Below are positions 1-13,399 of a stretch of 64,000 nt of DNA, in pieces. Source of the DNA: Blastocystis sp. ATCC 50177/Nand II (Eukaryota); the NCBI GenBank assembly GCA_039096935.1, contig JBBPEE010000035.1, positions 1 through 64,000 on the forward strand, read 5' to 3'. Positions within the stretch are counted from its first letter, which is position 1; each line of letters opens with the position of its first letter. A program made the position numbers and the translations under genes. The notes beneath the pieces are model-generated. The model had not been told where the DNA came from and made no database searches. It saw only the letters and a list, made by a program, of their open reading frames with translations.

Positions 1-1495
1 TGCCTCATGGGCAAAGATAGTGACAAGAAAACAGAAGACAGTTGGGTGCTATTCAATACAGTTCTGAAACTGGAGAGTAATACCTACTAAAGGGCATTAA
101 CCAGCAGATTTGCCTGCATTGAAAAGAGTCGTGTTTGGATCCGTTTTTTCCTTTTATAATATGGGTATGGTGGAAATACGAAGTGAATGAAGAGTGATGT
201 AGTTAGAAGTAGACATTGCCGCCTTTGACTGTGACAATTGGCCAGCACATTTGCTTAGCAATGCCTGGAGTGTTACTATTGAGAGTACTATTTTATCAAC
301 TCCATCAAGAATAGATGCTCCAGGGTGGCGTGAGCATCTTGACAAATGGAACTCCAATCTCTATTTGAGTTGTTTGCAATCCTTCAACCCCCAAATGATT
401 GCTCCAACCATCCAGACTCTCGTTTGCCCACCCCATTGCGGGAAGGAGGTTGATATGAGAGAACTAGCGTTCACACACTACCCCAATCTGCAGTCCATAC
501 ACATTTCTTCCTATTCCTTTCCTCACGTTTTTTCTGTGACAGTACAGGGTTTGGCGCAACTGAAAGAGTTCGTCGTGGAGCACCAGTGTTTCTGCCATCC
601 TCAAACCGATGTGGATTCCTTCAGCTGCTCCATCAGCGACTGTTCTTTGCTTGAAGGGATTGACATTGGGTATGGTTCGTTTGCCAATTATTCTGTGTTC
701 TCTTTGAAGAGTTGTCTTACAACCGTTGAATGACGAATAGATCTTCCTCATCTCAAGTCACTCACTGTTGGAAGTGAAGTGAAGCAGGTATGCTTCAGCT
801 GCATAAAGGAGTTTGAGTTGCGTGGTTGTTGCTATGATCTTGTCATGACTCAATAGACTTGCCATCTCTTCAAAGTGTCACTATTGGATGGAATTGCTTT
901 CGATATGCATCTTCCATTTCCTTCATTAGTTGCTGTTGTCAACTCTTCTCATTCACAGATCTTCCCTTGCTTAGGTTTTTCACACTGCATGAAACTGCTC
1001 TTTTCGGTCGATTTGATTATACTGTTCCATTCATCGGAGCGGAGAAGGACACTTCTTGTTGCTCGTTAGAAATGACTGATTTGCCTTCCCTTCGTCACAT
1101 TTCTGGAAAGGGAGAGCTGCAATTTATCAATTGTACTGTAGTGAAGCTGAAGAGTGATGTCTGTTGATGAGTCTCATCACTAGACATCTGTGGCAGCATT
1201 GAAATAGACTTGCCTAACTCGTTTGGTAACGTTCACACACTGTATGCTGAGAGTGAGGGTCATGAATCAACATGAAGAATAGACGCCTCCACTCTGGAGC
1301 AGTTCATTCGATCCACTTCCTACCACTTCTCCCATGCCTCCTACTATGATTCCCTCTCCCCGTCTCTTGTGGAGATTGCCTGTGATGCTCAACTCACCAA
1401 CTGCAACACCATCACGTCCATCGATCTATCCATATTCCCCAACCTCCAATCCTTCATTTGTCCCGCCTTCTCCTTCCCCAACGTGACTTCTTTCA
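1..1495 (+). pseudogene. BspA-like leucine-rich-repeat protein, multi-exon, begins before the window and is truncated mid-exon by the telomeric tract
   Basis: Repeated LPxLxxLxIGxxxF motifs (DLPHLKSLTVG, DLPSLQSVTIG, FPNLQSF) in short exons separated by ~30-nt GT..AG introns. The frame runs directly into (ACCCTA)n at 1495. Confidence 0.75.
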
Positions 1496-1639
1496 CCCTA
1501 ACCCTAACCCTAACCCTAACCCTAACCCTAACCCTAACCCTAACCCTAACCCTAACCCTAACCCTAACCCTAACCCTAACCCTAACACCTAACCCTAACA
1601 CCTAACCCTAACCCTACCCTAACCCTAACCCTACCCTAA
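1495..1639. repeat. Telomeric repeat tract (CCCTAA)n, i.e. TTAGGG on the - strand, in an interstitial position
   Basis: Perfect CCCTAA units from 1496 to about 1585, then variant units (CACCTAA, CCCTA) toward 1639. Confidence 0.97.
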
Positions 1640-1846
1640 TGTCCTCTCCAGTTCTCCTCCCGCCAGTCATCCGCCCCTTGATACAGTCACACCAACTGCC
1701 AATTGCCATGACAAGGGGAGTGTGCCGCCCTTCACTCAGAGTACTCTAAAGGATTCATGGACCATCATTCCTAACTGCCTTTGTGCCAAGAAACAAAACC
1801 ACCCACCTCTATTCATCCGAACCCTCAGTGTCTCATCAGCAACACC

Positions 1847-2952
1847 CTAACGACGCTTGAAGTACTCGACAAGGCGACGTCGTTTCTCCATACTATCCCC
1901 TTCGCTCACCAGGAATTCAGCCCTCATGAATACCCCCTTGAGATACTCTGGAGGACTTGGATTCAACACCTTTTCCTCTGCTCTCTTGCAGAACCCATTA
2001 AGGACAGCGGAACCCTCAACCGTAACTCCTAGCTCCTCCCGCTGCTTACCATCCACTCCAATGTTCAACAGCGGACACTTTTGCTTACAGCCCCCAATTG
2101 CCTTCTCCACAATAAGCCTCGCAGACTTATACATCCCATTGAACAGTTCCTGCCCCGACTCTCCATCCCTGTCGGTGAAGGGTCTCATGATACTGCCACA
2201 ATTCGCATAACCCTATCTCCCAGGATCAACCCACCACGTCTTACCGGACTCTTCTCGCCATCCAACCACGCTTGCAGAGGGGATCCCATCAACATATCAT
2301 TGTCCTGGGTTTTCCCCGTGTACTTGGAATCTACCTGCACCACGTTCTTGTTCCAGTCCCAAACGACCTCAACATTCATGCACGCCTAGCCCTTTCTCCA
2401 AATAAAGTCCTTTCGCCGCCCTTTCTCCGTGCATCTGCACAGGGTCCCGTCCATTGCGAACACACCACCGGGAAAGGGCTTGCGAACACGACCCGTTTGC
2501 ACAAACACCTGCTCCGCCTTTGGAGGGAAATGAATCACCTCATTGCTGCGGGACACAACTTCTGCAATGACCATCTTACCAGTCTTGTCATAGGACGACT
2601 TATGCATGCCTAGTAGTCCTGCCTTCTCGTTCAATGATCCCCTTCCAAAGAGATACAAAACACACCATGCTACCGCAGTAGCGAGCCTGACAGAATCCTT
2701 TCAATGCTTACGGAGCCAGCGAAACACAGGTGTTTCTTCCATTCCCGGTTTTGGACCCTTTTGACCTATCCACTGGATAACAAGACGGAACACCTCATCA
2801 TCTTTCTTGAACACTGCCTTGAATAGCATCGGGTTGGCATTTCCGTTTATCAACGCCTCCAAGGAAGGAACATTTGCATTATAGCGATGCACCTTCCTAT
2901 GGCCTACTGTGGCCAACACCAAAGCGCGTTTGAAGAACACACGCCGGATCAA
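1847..2952 (-). pseudogene. PIF/Harbinger-type (DDE_Tnp_4, HARBI1-like) transposase pseudogene
   Basis: Joined ORF pieces give PFPGGVFAMDGT, RKG*ACMNVEVVWD, YTGKTQD, LILGD, MRPF, FNGMYKSARLIVEKAIGGCK. In-frame stops and a frameshift are present. Confidence 0.85.
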
Positions 2953-3124
2953 TTCGCGAAGTCGCCGCGCTTTGGATTGCTATGTGTGTGTTAGCATGTA
3001 GATCACATTGACACTAGTGTTTGTTCGATAACTTACCTAGATCAGCATTTCACCAAAATAGTTTGTTCAACAAAATGCAAAATAAGCAAATTGCTAAGTT
3101 ACACAGCTCAATTTCAACACTTCA

Positions 3125-3810
3125 CTCCCAAACACTCTCCTTCACAACAACCAAGGAAACACTCTGCGAAGCCTCAGAATCCATTCTCTACCCTATCGCA
3201 TACACCCTTCATGACGAACCACTACGACGCTGGAAGGACGCTGGAAGGACGAGACTATGACACAGAAACCATCTTTTGAATGCGCCTGTGCACTGCACTG
3301 CATTGCAACACTGAATAGTACTTGAGATGACAGAAGGCGGTAGACGGGCAGCAACGACGCACCTCGCAACAGCAACGACGCACCTCGCAACAGCACCAAC
3401 AGCACCAACAGCACCAACAGCACCAACAGCACCAACGGAATCACGCGCTCGACCACACGAGGCAGCAACGATGACTACAACCGTGGAACAACAAGTGAGT
3501 GATAACAAAGTGACGGGACACCACGCGTGGGACAGAGTGTGTGATCACCCTAACGGCCAAACACAACCAACAGATAGAAATCGGAATGCGCGCAGGGCGA
3601 GTCGAGTGGAGCAGTAGAGCAGCAGAGTGTAGAACCGAACAGCCGTGCCTCGCGGAGAGTAGAGCCGAACAGTCGAACAGAAGCGAAACAGTACCTCGTG
3701 GAGTCGAGTGACAGGACAGCGACGACTTGAGTAGACAGATCAGCCACGGATCAGCCACGGATCAGCCACGGATCAGCCACGGATCAGCCACGGATCAGCC
3801 ACGGATCAGT
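3125..3810 (+). repeat. Subtelomeric duplicated module A, copy 1
   Basis: Colinear with 8179-8970 (both start ctcccaaacactctccttcacaacaacc). Ends in (GATCAGCCACG)x6. Confidence 0.85.
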
Positions 3811-5510
3811 GACCATGAACAGGTATAGGACAGCGACGGGCCAGAGGCAGACAAACAGACAGGTCAGTGACAGGTCAGTGACAGGTCAGTGACACACCAA
3901 CGACACACCAACGACACACCAATGACGAGTCAAGCAGACGCACGAGCGATGTACGAATGACAGATCGACGATCATGGCCAACGACGCACGAACAGCAGAC
4001 CAGCAGAAGGACGAGCAAGCCAGTGACCACGACCCGAACAGACAGACGAGCGACCACGAGTCGAGCAGACGCACGAGTGACATGACCCGAACGGATGGAC
4101 GAGTGACGAGCGAGCAGACAGACTACCGGCAGAGTAGCAGATAGACCAACGATGCACGAGCAGATGGACCAGCGATGAACCAACGACACTTTAACCCATG
4201 ACTCAACCAGACCAGCAGACGGACCAGCAGACAGAGCAACGGCGGACCAATGGCAGAGCAACAGGCAAACGAGCGGCAGGAAAGACGAGGAGACAGACAA
4301 GCGGTGCATGAGTAGCAGATCGACGACCATGGCCAATGACGCACGAACAGCAGACCAGCCACGGATGAGCAAGCCAGCGACCATGACCCGATCAGACGCA
4401 CGAGCGACGAGCGAGCAGACAAACCAGGGACAGGCCAGTTACCACGACTCCAGTAGACGGACCAGCGACGGGCAGCAGATGGACGAACGACGAACCAGCG
4501 ACCATGACCCGAGCAGACAGACTGGTGACAGAACAGCAGACAGACTGGTGACAGAACAGCAGACAGGAAAGCAACGGGCAGAGCAACGCGCGACGAACGA
4601 GCAGATGCACGAGCGGCCATGACCAACGACGGATCGGTGAAAGACGAGTGGCAAACCACGGGGCAGCGACCACGACCCGAGCAGATGGACGAGGAAACAG
4701 ACCAACGACGAACGAACAGACAGACTCGTGAGAGAGAGGAGTGACGGACCAGCGACAAGCAAACCTGACTCGAGCGGACGGACGAGTGACAGACGCACGA
4801 GCAGACGGACGAGTGACAGACGCACGAGCAGACGGACGAGTGACAGACGAGTGACAGACGAGTGACAGACGCACGAGCGATGCACGAGCAGACGGACGAG
4901 CGATGCACGAGCAGACGGACGAGTGACAGACGGACGAGTGACAGACGAGTGACAGACGCACGAGCGACAGACGCACGAGCAGACCAGTGACAGACGCACG
5001 AGTGACAGACGCACGAGCGATGCACGAACAGATGGATGAGCGATGAACCGGTGACCCTGAACAGGTACAGGACAGCGACAGCCAGTGATGGACAAGCAGG
5101 CAGACCAACGATACATCAGCGACGGACGAGCAGCGACGAGCGAGCAGACAGACGAGTGACAGGAAAGCGACGGGCCAACAGACAGACAAGCAGGCGGAGC
5201 AACGGGAGAGCAACAGGCAGAGCAACGGCCATGGCCAACGACGGACGAGCAGCAGACCAGCAGAAAGAGGAACAGGCAGACGAGTGACGCACGAGCGATG
5301 CACGAGGGATGCACGATCAGCGACCATGACCAACGGCCATGACCCGAGCAGACCAGTGACAGACCAGCAACAGACCAGTGACAGACCAGCAACAGACCAG
5401 TGACAGACCAGCAACAGACCAGTGACAGACGCACGAGCAGACACACGAGCAGACGCACGAGCGATGGACCGGTGACAGGAAAGCAACGGACGAGCAGACA
5501 GACATGGAGC
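3810..5510. repeat. Low-complexity, T-poor GAC/CAG-rich degenerate minisatellite field
   Basis: Built from GACGAG/CAGAC/GTGAC words and short tandem 11-mers. Similar to 8970-11030. Confidence 0.85.
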
Positions 5511-5539
5511 AAACAACACCTCATGCAACTTCATTCCCG

Positions 5540-5960
5540 AAGCCTCTTCTTCACTCGTCGTCGACATCAGCAATCAGTACGCAATCGGCACCCAGTGATC
5601 ACGATCTCGTACTCACACAATAAGAGTAGGACAATCCTTCACACAGTAGCCATGTCAAAGCCTCCTCTTCACTCGTCGTCGACAGCAGCAATCTGCACGC
5701 AATCAGCACCCAGTGATCACGATCTCGTACTCACACACAGAGGTTACAGCATCGCCTCATGCAGTTTCACTCTTGAAGCCTCTTCTCTACGCATCATCGA
5801 CATCACGCAAGCACCACTCAATCATTTCGATCTCGTACTCATACAATGAGCATATAATAACCCTTCACAAGATAACCTTCTTGAAACCTCCTCTTCACTC
5901 ATCACAGACATCGCACAAGCACCACACGTATGCACTGCGCAGCCATACTCTCCACTCTGT
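5540..5960. repeat. Degenerate ~118-bp tandem repeat, about 3.5 copies
   Basis: An agcctc(c/t)tcttcactc..cgaca unit recurs near 5541, 5659, 5777 and 5886. Confidence 0.75.
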
Positions 5961-6666
5961 AACCCTTCACAATCATAGCCAATAGCCTCCTTCGCTCCGC
6001 GCATGCAGAACTGAGGAAACCACGATGGAAGGGTTGTCCCGGGAATTATGCAGAGGGAATGAGTGGTGAATCAAATTTGTAGCATTCTGGAATTAGGAGG
6101 AGTGCGATTCCGTGCTGATCGGACGGCCTCGCGAAGACACTCTCGGGAATCAGCCGGCAAGAGGTTCCTGAACCGTGTGAAATGGACAACGTGCAGAGGA
6201 CATGGAATGGTGGTGCGAGGTAGACAGGAAGACGAAAACAATACACCCTAGGTCTAACCGTGAACGAAATGGAGGAATGCAATTACGTCATGATTGTTCA
6301 TCGCATAAGACATGCGAAGTGCATCCCCATGACAGCGATGCGAGCAGGTAAGAATCCAGGTCGCGTAACGCGTCGAATCAACCCTCGTAATGTGAGGAAT
6401 CCGAATCGAGAAATTGTAATCTGGGATCTTGCGTGAATGTGTGCATTTTGTCTGGATGAAAATCGCTTCGATTTGTTGCAGGCTTCGGATTCTCTTCTGT
6501 TCGTGGATTTGTTGTATCTCGGGAGCGCGAATGCGAGGACAACAACTCACCTTTATTGTGTGAATCTTGAATTAGGAAACAAACAGGCTGCATTCCGTCT
6601 TTGAGAACGTATGGAAGGCGTATTTGGGTGAAGAGCAGATTGTTGACTTGCTCTCTTCGGAGTCTG

Positions 6667-7357
6667 CACGACGGCGTCTTCGTGGAGAATGTCCCACGTG
6701 CCGCAGCCTGCTGTGAACGAGCACGTGATGAAGGAGAATGCCGAGGAGACCCACCACGACGACGAGGAGACAGGGTCGAAGCATGTCCGTGACATGACGG
6801 CACAGCATGTCTACAACACCGGTAAGGAGGAAGCCGCGCTCAGCCACTGAAGGCTGATCTTCGTGCACCGACCCCCTAGCTGCGGCAAGACGAGCATTGC
6901 CCGCGACTTCGTGATGGCGCTCTACGGATCCTACGGATCAGGCAACGGCCTTCCATTCTACATGAAGCCCGTGAACCGCTGGTGGGACGGCTACCGTGGC
7001 CAGCCTGTGGCCAGCCCCGATGATCCCGGTGTGCAACGGTTCCGCGAGCTCGAGCAGGAGGTGAAGGTCTGGGCGGACACGTACCCCTTCATCGCCGAAC
7101 TGAAGGACCACAGCATCCGGGCCAAACCCGAATGGCTCGTGATTGCCTCCAACTACCCGCTGGAGGAGTTCACCAATGCTTCCCGCAATCCGACCTTCTA
7201 CCATGCGCTCTTCAGACGCACCGACGACGGCCGACGGCTCTTCCACTTCACGACCCACTGCTACAAACCGGACACCGTACCCGTCGACGCGGAGACCAGA
7301 CGACACTACCATCGTCGCCTCGAGAGGTTCGTCGAGATTGTTGTCAACAGCCACTGA
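6667..7357 (+). pseudogene. rep: Endogenous CRESS DNA virus Rep fragment (SF3 helicase domain; HUH endonuclease domain missing)
   Basis: Walker A RLIFVHRPPSCGKTS, WWDGY, Walker B-like PDD, motif B WADTYPFIAELK, motif C VIASN, arginine finger ALFRR. An upstream DGVFVE remnant lies in another frame, and there is an in-frame stop before Walker A. Confidence 0.9.
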
Positions 7358-8000
7358 TCTGTTTGTTCAACAAGTTTCACAAGCGCGATTCACAGGGAGG
7401 AGGAAGAGATGCACTCCCAGGAAATGTACACAGATAGACCACCTATGGCTTATGGAATACACGCGATTTCACACGGATTGGACGCGATCACCACGATCAG
7501 CAGCATTCGCGTGGCTCTGCTCCCATTTCAATCTCATCATTAGGTACAACCGATAGAGAAGAATGCAATGCATTGCAATGCATTGCAATGCATTGCAACG
7601 CAGTCCATTTGCAACTCCAATCTCCATTGAATTTGTAATGAGCACAGGTCGGTATACGCGAATTCACACTCGATGGCTTTCTGATCCGCTCTTTCCTCCT
7701 CATCCCTCACGCAACGCCTTCGCTATTGCATTCACACACACTATGATTTACACCCAACAACATTCTATTCACAGATTCGCAGAATCATGGGACGGTAGCA
7801 ATCTCCACTCTACTCCACTCCATTCCACTTTCAACTACATCAATGCGTACTACAATCTACACAATCATCAGAGGTGCTTAGAGTCACATTTCCATTCCGA
7901 ATCGCCAACATCGCGCTTCACCGCTACATTTCTCCATCCAACCCGCCATCTACTCTTCATCTTTCCACTCTCACAACCACACCTTCTCTCTTTTCACCTC
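7300..8000 (+). repeat. Subtelomeric duplicated module B, copy 1 (starts with the Rep 3' end)
   Basis: Colinear with 12345-13030; shared core attgaatttgtaatgagcacaggtcggtatacgcgaattc. Confidence 0.85.
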
Positions 8001-8178
8001 TTTTTACTTTTCTGGACTTGTGGAAATAGATCTTGGTTAATCCTATGCGACCGACACCTTTTCCTACCCATTTCTACTCTCCTCCTTTTCATTCCCTTCA
8101 TCATCACACAGTCCAATCCATCCCTTCTCCATTCACTCGTCTCAAAACAAACACTCCATACCCATTCCAAAACATAGC

Positions 8179-8970
8179 CTCCCAAACACTCTCCTTCACA
8201 ACAACCAAGGAAACTGTCTGCGAAGCCTCAGGTTCCATTCTCTACCCACGCGCATACACCCTTCGAGACGAAACACGCGTGACGCACCAATCGCCATCCT
8301 ACGAACCACTACGACGCTCGAATAACTCCAGAAGGACTCCAGAAGGACTCCAGAAGGACGAGACTACGACACAGAAACCATCTGTTGAATGCGCCTGTGC
8401 AATGCACTGCGGTGCTGTACAGTGCACTGCATTGCACTGCATTGCACTGTAATGCGATGCTGAACAGTGACTGAGATGATAGAAGGCGGTAGACGGGCAG
8501 CAACGACGCACCTCGCAACAGCACCAACGGAATCCATGGAATCACGCGCTCGACCACACGAGGCAGCAACGACGGTGACTACAACTGTGGGACAACAAGT
8601 GAGTGATAACAGAGTGACGGGACACCACGCGTGGGACAGAGTGTGTGTGAAGAGCGTGGCGGCCAAACGCAACCAACAGATAGAATAGGAATGCGCGCAG
8701 GGCGAGTCGAGTAGAGTCGAGCAGCCGAGCAGTAGAGCAGAATGCAGACATCGCTGAGTCCAGCGAGGTCAAGACGAGTGGACCCGAACGGGGTGCCGAA
8801 CGGAGTCGAATCAAGAAGAGCGGAGTGTGGAGTCGAACAGTCGAACAGAAGTGAAACAGTGCCTCGTGGAGCCGAGTGACAGGACAGAGACGACTCGAGT
8901 AGACGGACGAGTGATGTACGACCCACGGACCAGTGACCACGACTCGAGTAGCCAGATCAGCCACGGATCA
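8179..8970 (+). repeat. Subtelomeric duplicated module A, copy 2
   Basis: Diverged colinear copy of 3125-3810. Confidence 0.85.
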
Positions 8971-11030
8971 GCGACGGACCAGCGACAGACCAACGGAGAG
9001 GTACAGGCAGACGAGCGATGGAGGAGCAGACAAACCAGCGACGGGCCAGTGACCACGACTCCAGTAGACGGACCAGCGACGGACGAGCAGACAGACGAAT
9101 GACAGGAAAGCAACGGACGAGCAGACAGAGCAGTGATGGACCAGTGATGGACCAGTGATGGACCAGTGATGGACCAGTGATGGACCAGTGATGGACCAGT
9201 GATGGACCAGTGATGGACCAGTGATGGACCAGTGATGGACCAGTGATGGACCAGTGATGGATCAACAATGGACCAGTGATGGATCAACAATGGACCAGCG
9301 ACAGACGAACAGCGGAGCAACGACAGAGCAGCGATGGACGAGCCGATGGACGAGCGACCCTGATCCGAACAGATGGACGAGTGACGGACGAACCACGGAT
9401 CAGCAGCGTATGAGCAGACGGGGTAGTGAATGACCAGCGACCATGACTCGAGCACACGGACCAACGACCACGACTCGAGCAGACAAGTCAGCGATGGACC
9501 AGCGGCAGACGAGCAGACAAGTCAGTGATGCACAAACAGGCAGACGAGCGATGCATCAGCGGCAGAGCAACAGGCAGAGCAACAGGCAGAGCAACAGGCA
9601 GATCGACGGCCATGGCCAACGACGGACGAGCAACAGACCAGACCAACGAGCAGTGACAGACCAGTGACAGACCAGTGACAGACCAGCAGAAAGAGGAACA
9701 GGCAGACGAGCGATGCACGATCAGCGACCCTGACCAGCGACCATGACTCGAGCAGAAAGACCAACGGTAGACCAGTGGTAGACCAGTGGTAGACCAGCGA
9801 TCACGACTCGAGCAGACAGACGAACGACCACGGCTCGAGCAGACGGATCAGTGATGCACAAACAGGCAGACCCTAACATCAGCGACAAATGAGTCGAGCA
9901 GACAGACCAGTGACAGACCAGTGACAGACCAGTGACAGACCAGTGACAGACCAGTGACAGACCAGTGACAGAGCAGCAATGGACGAGTAGACGGGCCAGC
10001 GACAGACGAGATGATGGACGACCGACCATGAGTCGAGCAGACGGACGAGTGACAGGAAAGCGACAGGCCAGTGAAGGACAAGCAGACAGACCAACGATAC
10101 GTCAATGACGGGCCAGAGGCAGACGAGCAGACAGGTCAGCGACACACCAACGATGCACGAGTGACAGACCAACAGTAGAGCAAGTCAGTGACCACGAGTC
10201 AGGTATACAGACGAGCGACCATGACCCGAACAGATGGACGAGTAACGAGCAGCAGAACAGCAACGGACCAGCAGAAAGAGGAACAGGCGGACGAACGATG
10301 CACGACCAGCGACCCTGACCAGCGACCACGACCCGAGCAGACGGACCAACGACCACGACCCGAGCAGACGGACCAACGACCACGACCCGAGCAGACGGAC
10401 CAACGACCACGACCCGAGCAGACAGAGCAGTGATGGACAAACAGACGGATGAGTGAAGGACCAGCGGCCATGACCCAAGCAGATAGACGAGCCGATGGGC
10501 CAGCGACCCTGACCCGAACAGATGGACGAGTGACGAACCACGGATCAGCAGCGTATGAGCAGACAAAGTAGTGACGGCACCAGTGACCATGACTCGAACA
10601 GAGAAACCAGCAACAGACAAGCCAGGGACGAGCAAGCAGAAGGACGAACAGACGGGCCAGCCACGGATGAGCCACGAACCAGTGACCATGGCTCGAGCGG
10701 ACAGACCGGTGACATACGAGTGACAGGAAAGCAACGGCCAAGCAGACAGAGCAACGGCAGAGCAACAGGCGGACGAGCAATGAACGAACAGCAGACGAGT
10801 GACGGACCGGTGAAAGACAAGCGGCAGAGCAACGATGGGCGATCAGACAAAGAAGCAACAGAGCAGTGACGAACCAGTGACAGGACGAGCGATGGACCAG
10901 CGACCCTGACCCGAGCAGACCAACAGTAGAGCAACGGCAGAGCAGCAACGGGCCAGTGACCACGAGTCGAGAAGACAGAACAGCGACGGGCCAGCAATCA
11001 TGACTCGAACAGACCGGACCAACAACCCTG
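8970..11030. repeat. Second T-poor degenerate minisatellite field
   Basis: Contains (CAGTGATGGAC)x~12 at 9131-9260 and (CCAGTGACAGA)x~6 at 9905-9970. Confidence 0.85.
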
Positions 11031-11929
11031 ACTCCACCAGATGAACGGCACGCTCTCACACCACACCCACACACTCCAATCACCAGATGAACGGCACGCT
11101 CTCACACCACACCCACACACTCCAATCACCACAGGAACGGAACCGCCACGCAAGCTCCAACTTCCTCGCATCACAACCTCGCACCGATCAAGTCCATCTA
11201 GTTCCACGCACGCCCAAGCCTCGCGAAGCCTCGCAGACAGCAGTGCCGAACCATCAGCAACAGACATACGCGCAACCCTCCACAAGCACAAGCACATAGT
11301 GCCCATCCCATTCAAACCCAGGAACAAACCAGTGGAGCAAGGCGGGCTACGCGCTTAACCGAAACACTCTCTAAACAGCAATCTGAATAGCGCTCTGTTC
11401 TATGCGTTACCCCTAACAACCAAAACCAACCAAGATAGGAGCCAATGAACAGCACGCAGGTACATTACCAACGGTGTAGGAGAGGAACGCAAAACACAGG
11501 GGATTCTATCTGTAATACCTCAGCACATCACCAACCGGAAGCATTACACCTCGGGATGCCGCAAGTGCGATGTCTTCACAAACCCTACAAATCCAGTTCC
11601 TCTACTCATGAGTCACAAAGGGAACGAATTACAGTATAGAAGCCGCGAGACCAAGAGGGAAGCAAGGCAATGAATGGCGGGAAAGAGAGGTGTTGATTCA
11701 CTGCAGAGATTGCGTGTGCACTTTGCGTTCTGGGACTCCCCCATCCTAACCCATTCGAATTCTTCCGTTTGGTGTTGCTACTGCACGGCTCTGCACCCTA
11801 GTTGCTTGAAGGGATCCATTCGAGACGATTTGATGACATGTGAACGGCGATTCCAATTGGCGTGTGAAAGCAAACAGGAAGAAGGAATACATGGACACAG
11901 TACCGAGGGAACATAGACAGGATGAACCC

Positions 11930-12340
11930 ACATCAGCAGCGAAGTCAGCGAGATAGTCAGCGAGACGGCGCATCTCAACAGTGAGTCGGCGCACCTCGGC
12001 AGCAAGACGGGCACCTCCATAGTACGGTCAGCGAGACGGCACACCTCAGCAGCACGGCCAGCGACATGGCGAATCTCAACACGATGATCAGCGACATGGC
12101 GAATCTCAGCACGGTGATCAGCGACATGGCGAATCTCAGCACGGTGATCAGGGAGATGGCACACCTCCGCAGGGAGACGGCGCACCTCCGCAGGGAGACG
12201 GCGCACCTCCACAGAATGATCAGCGACATGGCGCACCTCCACAGGATGAGCAGGGAGACGGAACACCTCTTCAGCGACATGGCACACCTCAGCAGGATGG
12301 CCAACGAGATGGCGCGACTCCACAGGATGGTTAGCGAGAC
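11930..12340. repeat. 30-bp (with 21-bp variant) minisatellite, array 1
   Basis: Unit like CAGCGACATGGCGAATCTCAGCACGGTGAT. Related array at 15500-15990. Confidence 0.85.
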
Positions 12341-12344
12341 GACT

Positions 12345-13030
12345 CTGCCATCGTCGCTTCGAGAGGCTTGTGGAGATTGCTGTCAACAGCAATTACTCTG
12401 CTTTACAAGGATTGCAGGTTTCACAAGCGTGATTCGCAGGCAGGAGGAAGAGATGCACTTTCAGGAAATGCACACAGATAGACCACCTATTGCTTATGGA
12501 GTACACGCGAGTATACACGGATTCGACGCGATCACCATGATCAGCAGCATTCGCGTGGCTCTCCTGCCATTTCAATCTCTCTATCATCCACAAGAGATAC
12601 ACAGGATTGCAACGCCAACCAACGCGCTACAAACTCCCACTCCAATCCCCATTGAATTTGTAATGAGCACAGGTCGGTATACGCGAATTCACACTCGATG
12701 GCTTTCTGATCCGCTCTTTCCTCCTCATCCGTCACGCAACGCCTTCGCTATTGCATTCACACACTCTAGTATTTACACACAACAAGATTCCATTCACAGA
12801 TTCGCAGCATCCTGTGACGGCAACAATCTCCACTCTACTCCACTCCATCCCACTTTCAACTTCATCCACGGGTACTATATTCTATACACTCATCAGGGAT
12901 GCTTAGAGTCACACGTCCGTTCCGCATCACCAACAGAGCGCTTCAACACTACATCTCTCCATCCACATCACCATCTATTCATTAGCACTACACTCCAACC
13001 ATTCACTTTCATTCACTTCTCCCTTCTAAA
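12345..13030 (+). repeat. Subtelomeric duplicated module B, copy 2, with a diverged Rep C-terminal remnant
   Basis: Start translates HRRFERLVEIAVNS versus HRRLERFVEIVVNS in the Rep fragment. Confidence 0.85.
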
Positions 13031-13399
13031 CCACTTTCTGGGCTTGGGCTGGGGCTGACAATCACAGACGTATATGGGCTAAACCGATCGGTCCGACACA
13101 ATGCCTCGACAATTCTCCTCTCCTCCCCTTTTTCGTTCCCTTCCACTTCTATTCCCATTTGGTACTTCATAGCTAGCCCATTGGCACTCTCCCTCACGCC
13201 TCTTCTCTCCATTCCTTTCGCTTTCCTTTCTTCCAACAAACAACCATTCCTGTACATACCAACACCTCTCCCTATCCACATCTTCTTCTCCCTCTTCCTC
13301 CAACAGGCATCTTCGCAGCTGTCTTCTTCTCACTGGCACCACTGACAGCCATCGTTGCAGGCCTTCACGACTCCATCTTCTGCATCACCAAGCAGCACC

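Noticed and set aside
1369..1605. Poly-TL / poly-VR peptides
   Set aside because: Translation of the telomeric hexamer.
3875..5573. Long - strand ORFs (300-393 aa) in all three frames; similar ORFs at 8811-11083
   Set aside because: They result from the T-poor repeat composition that removes stop codons. Translations are repetitive with no domain.
11930..12340. 30-bp repeats as a CRISPR array, or ORF 12066-13058 as a gene
   Set aside because: Head-to-tail degenerate units with no unique spacers, no cas genes and a eukaryotic context. The ORF crosses unrelated repeat modules.
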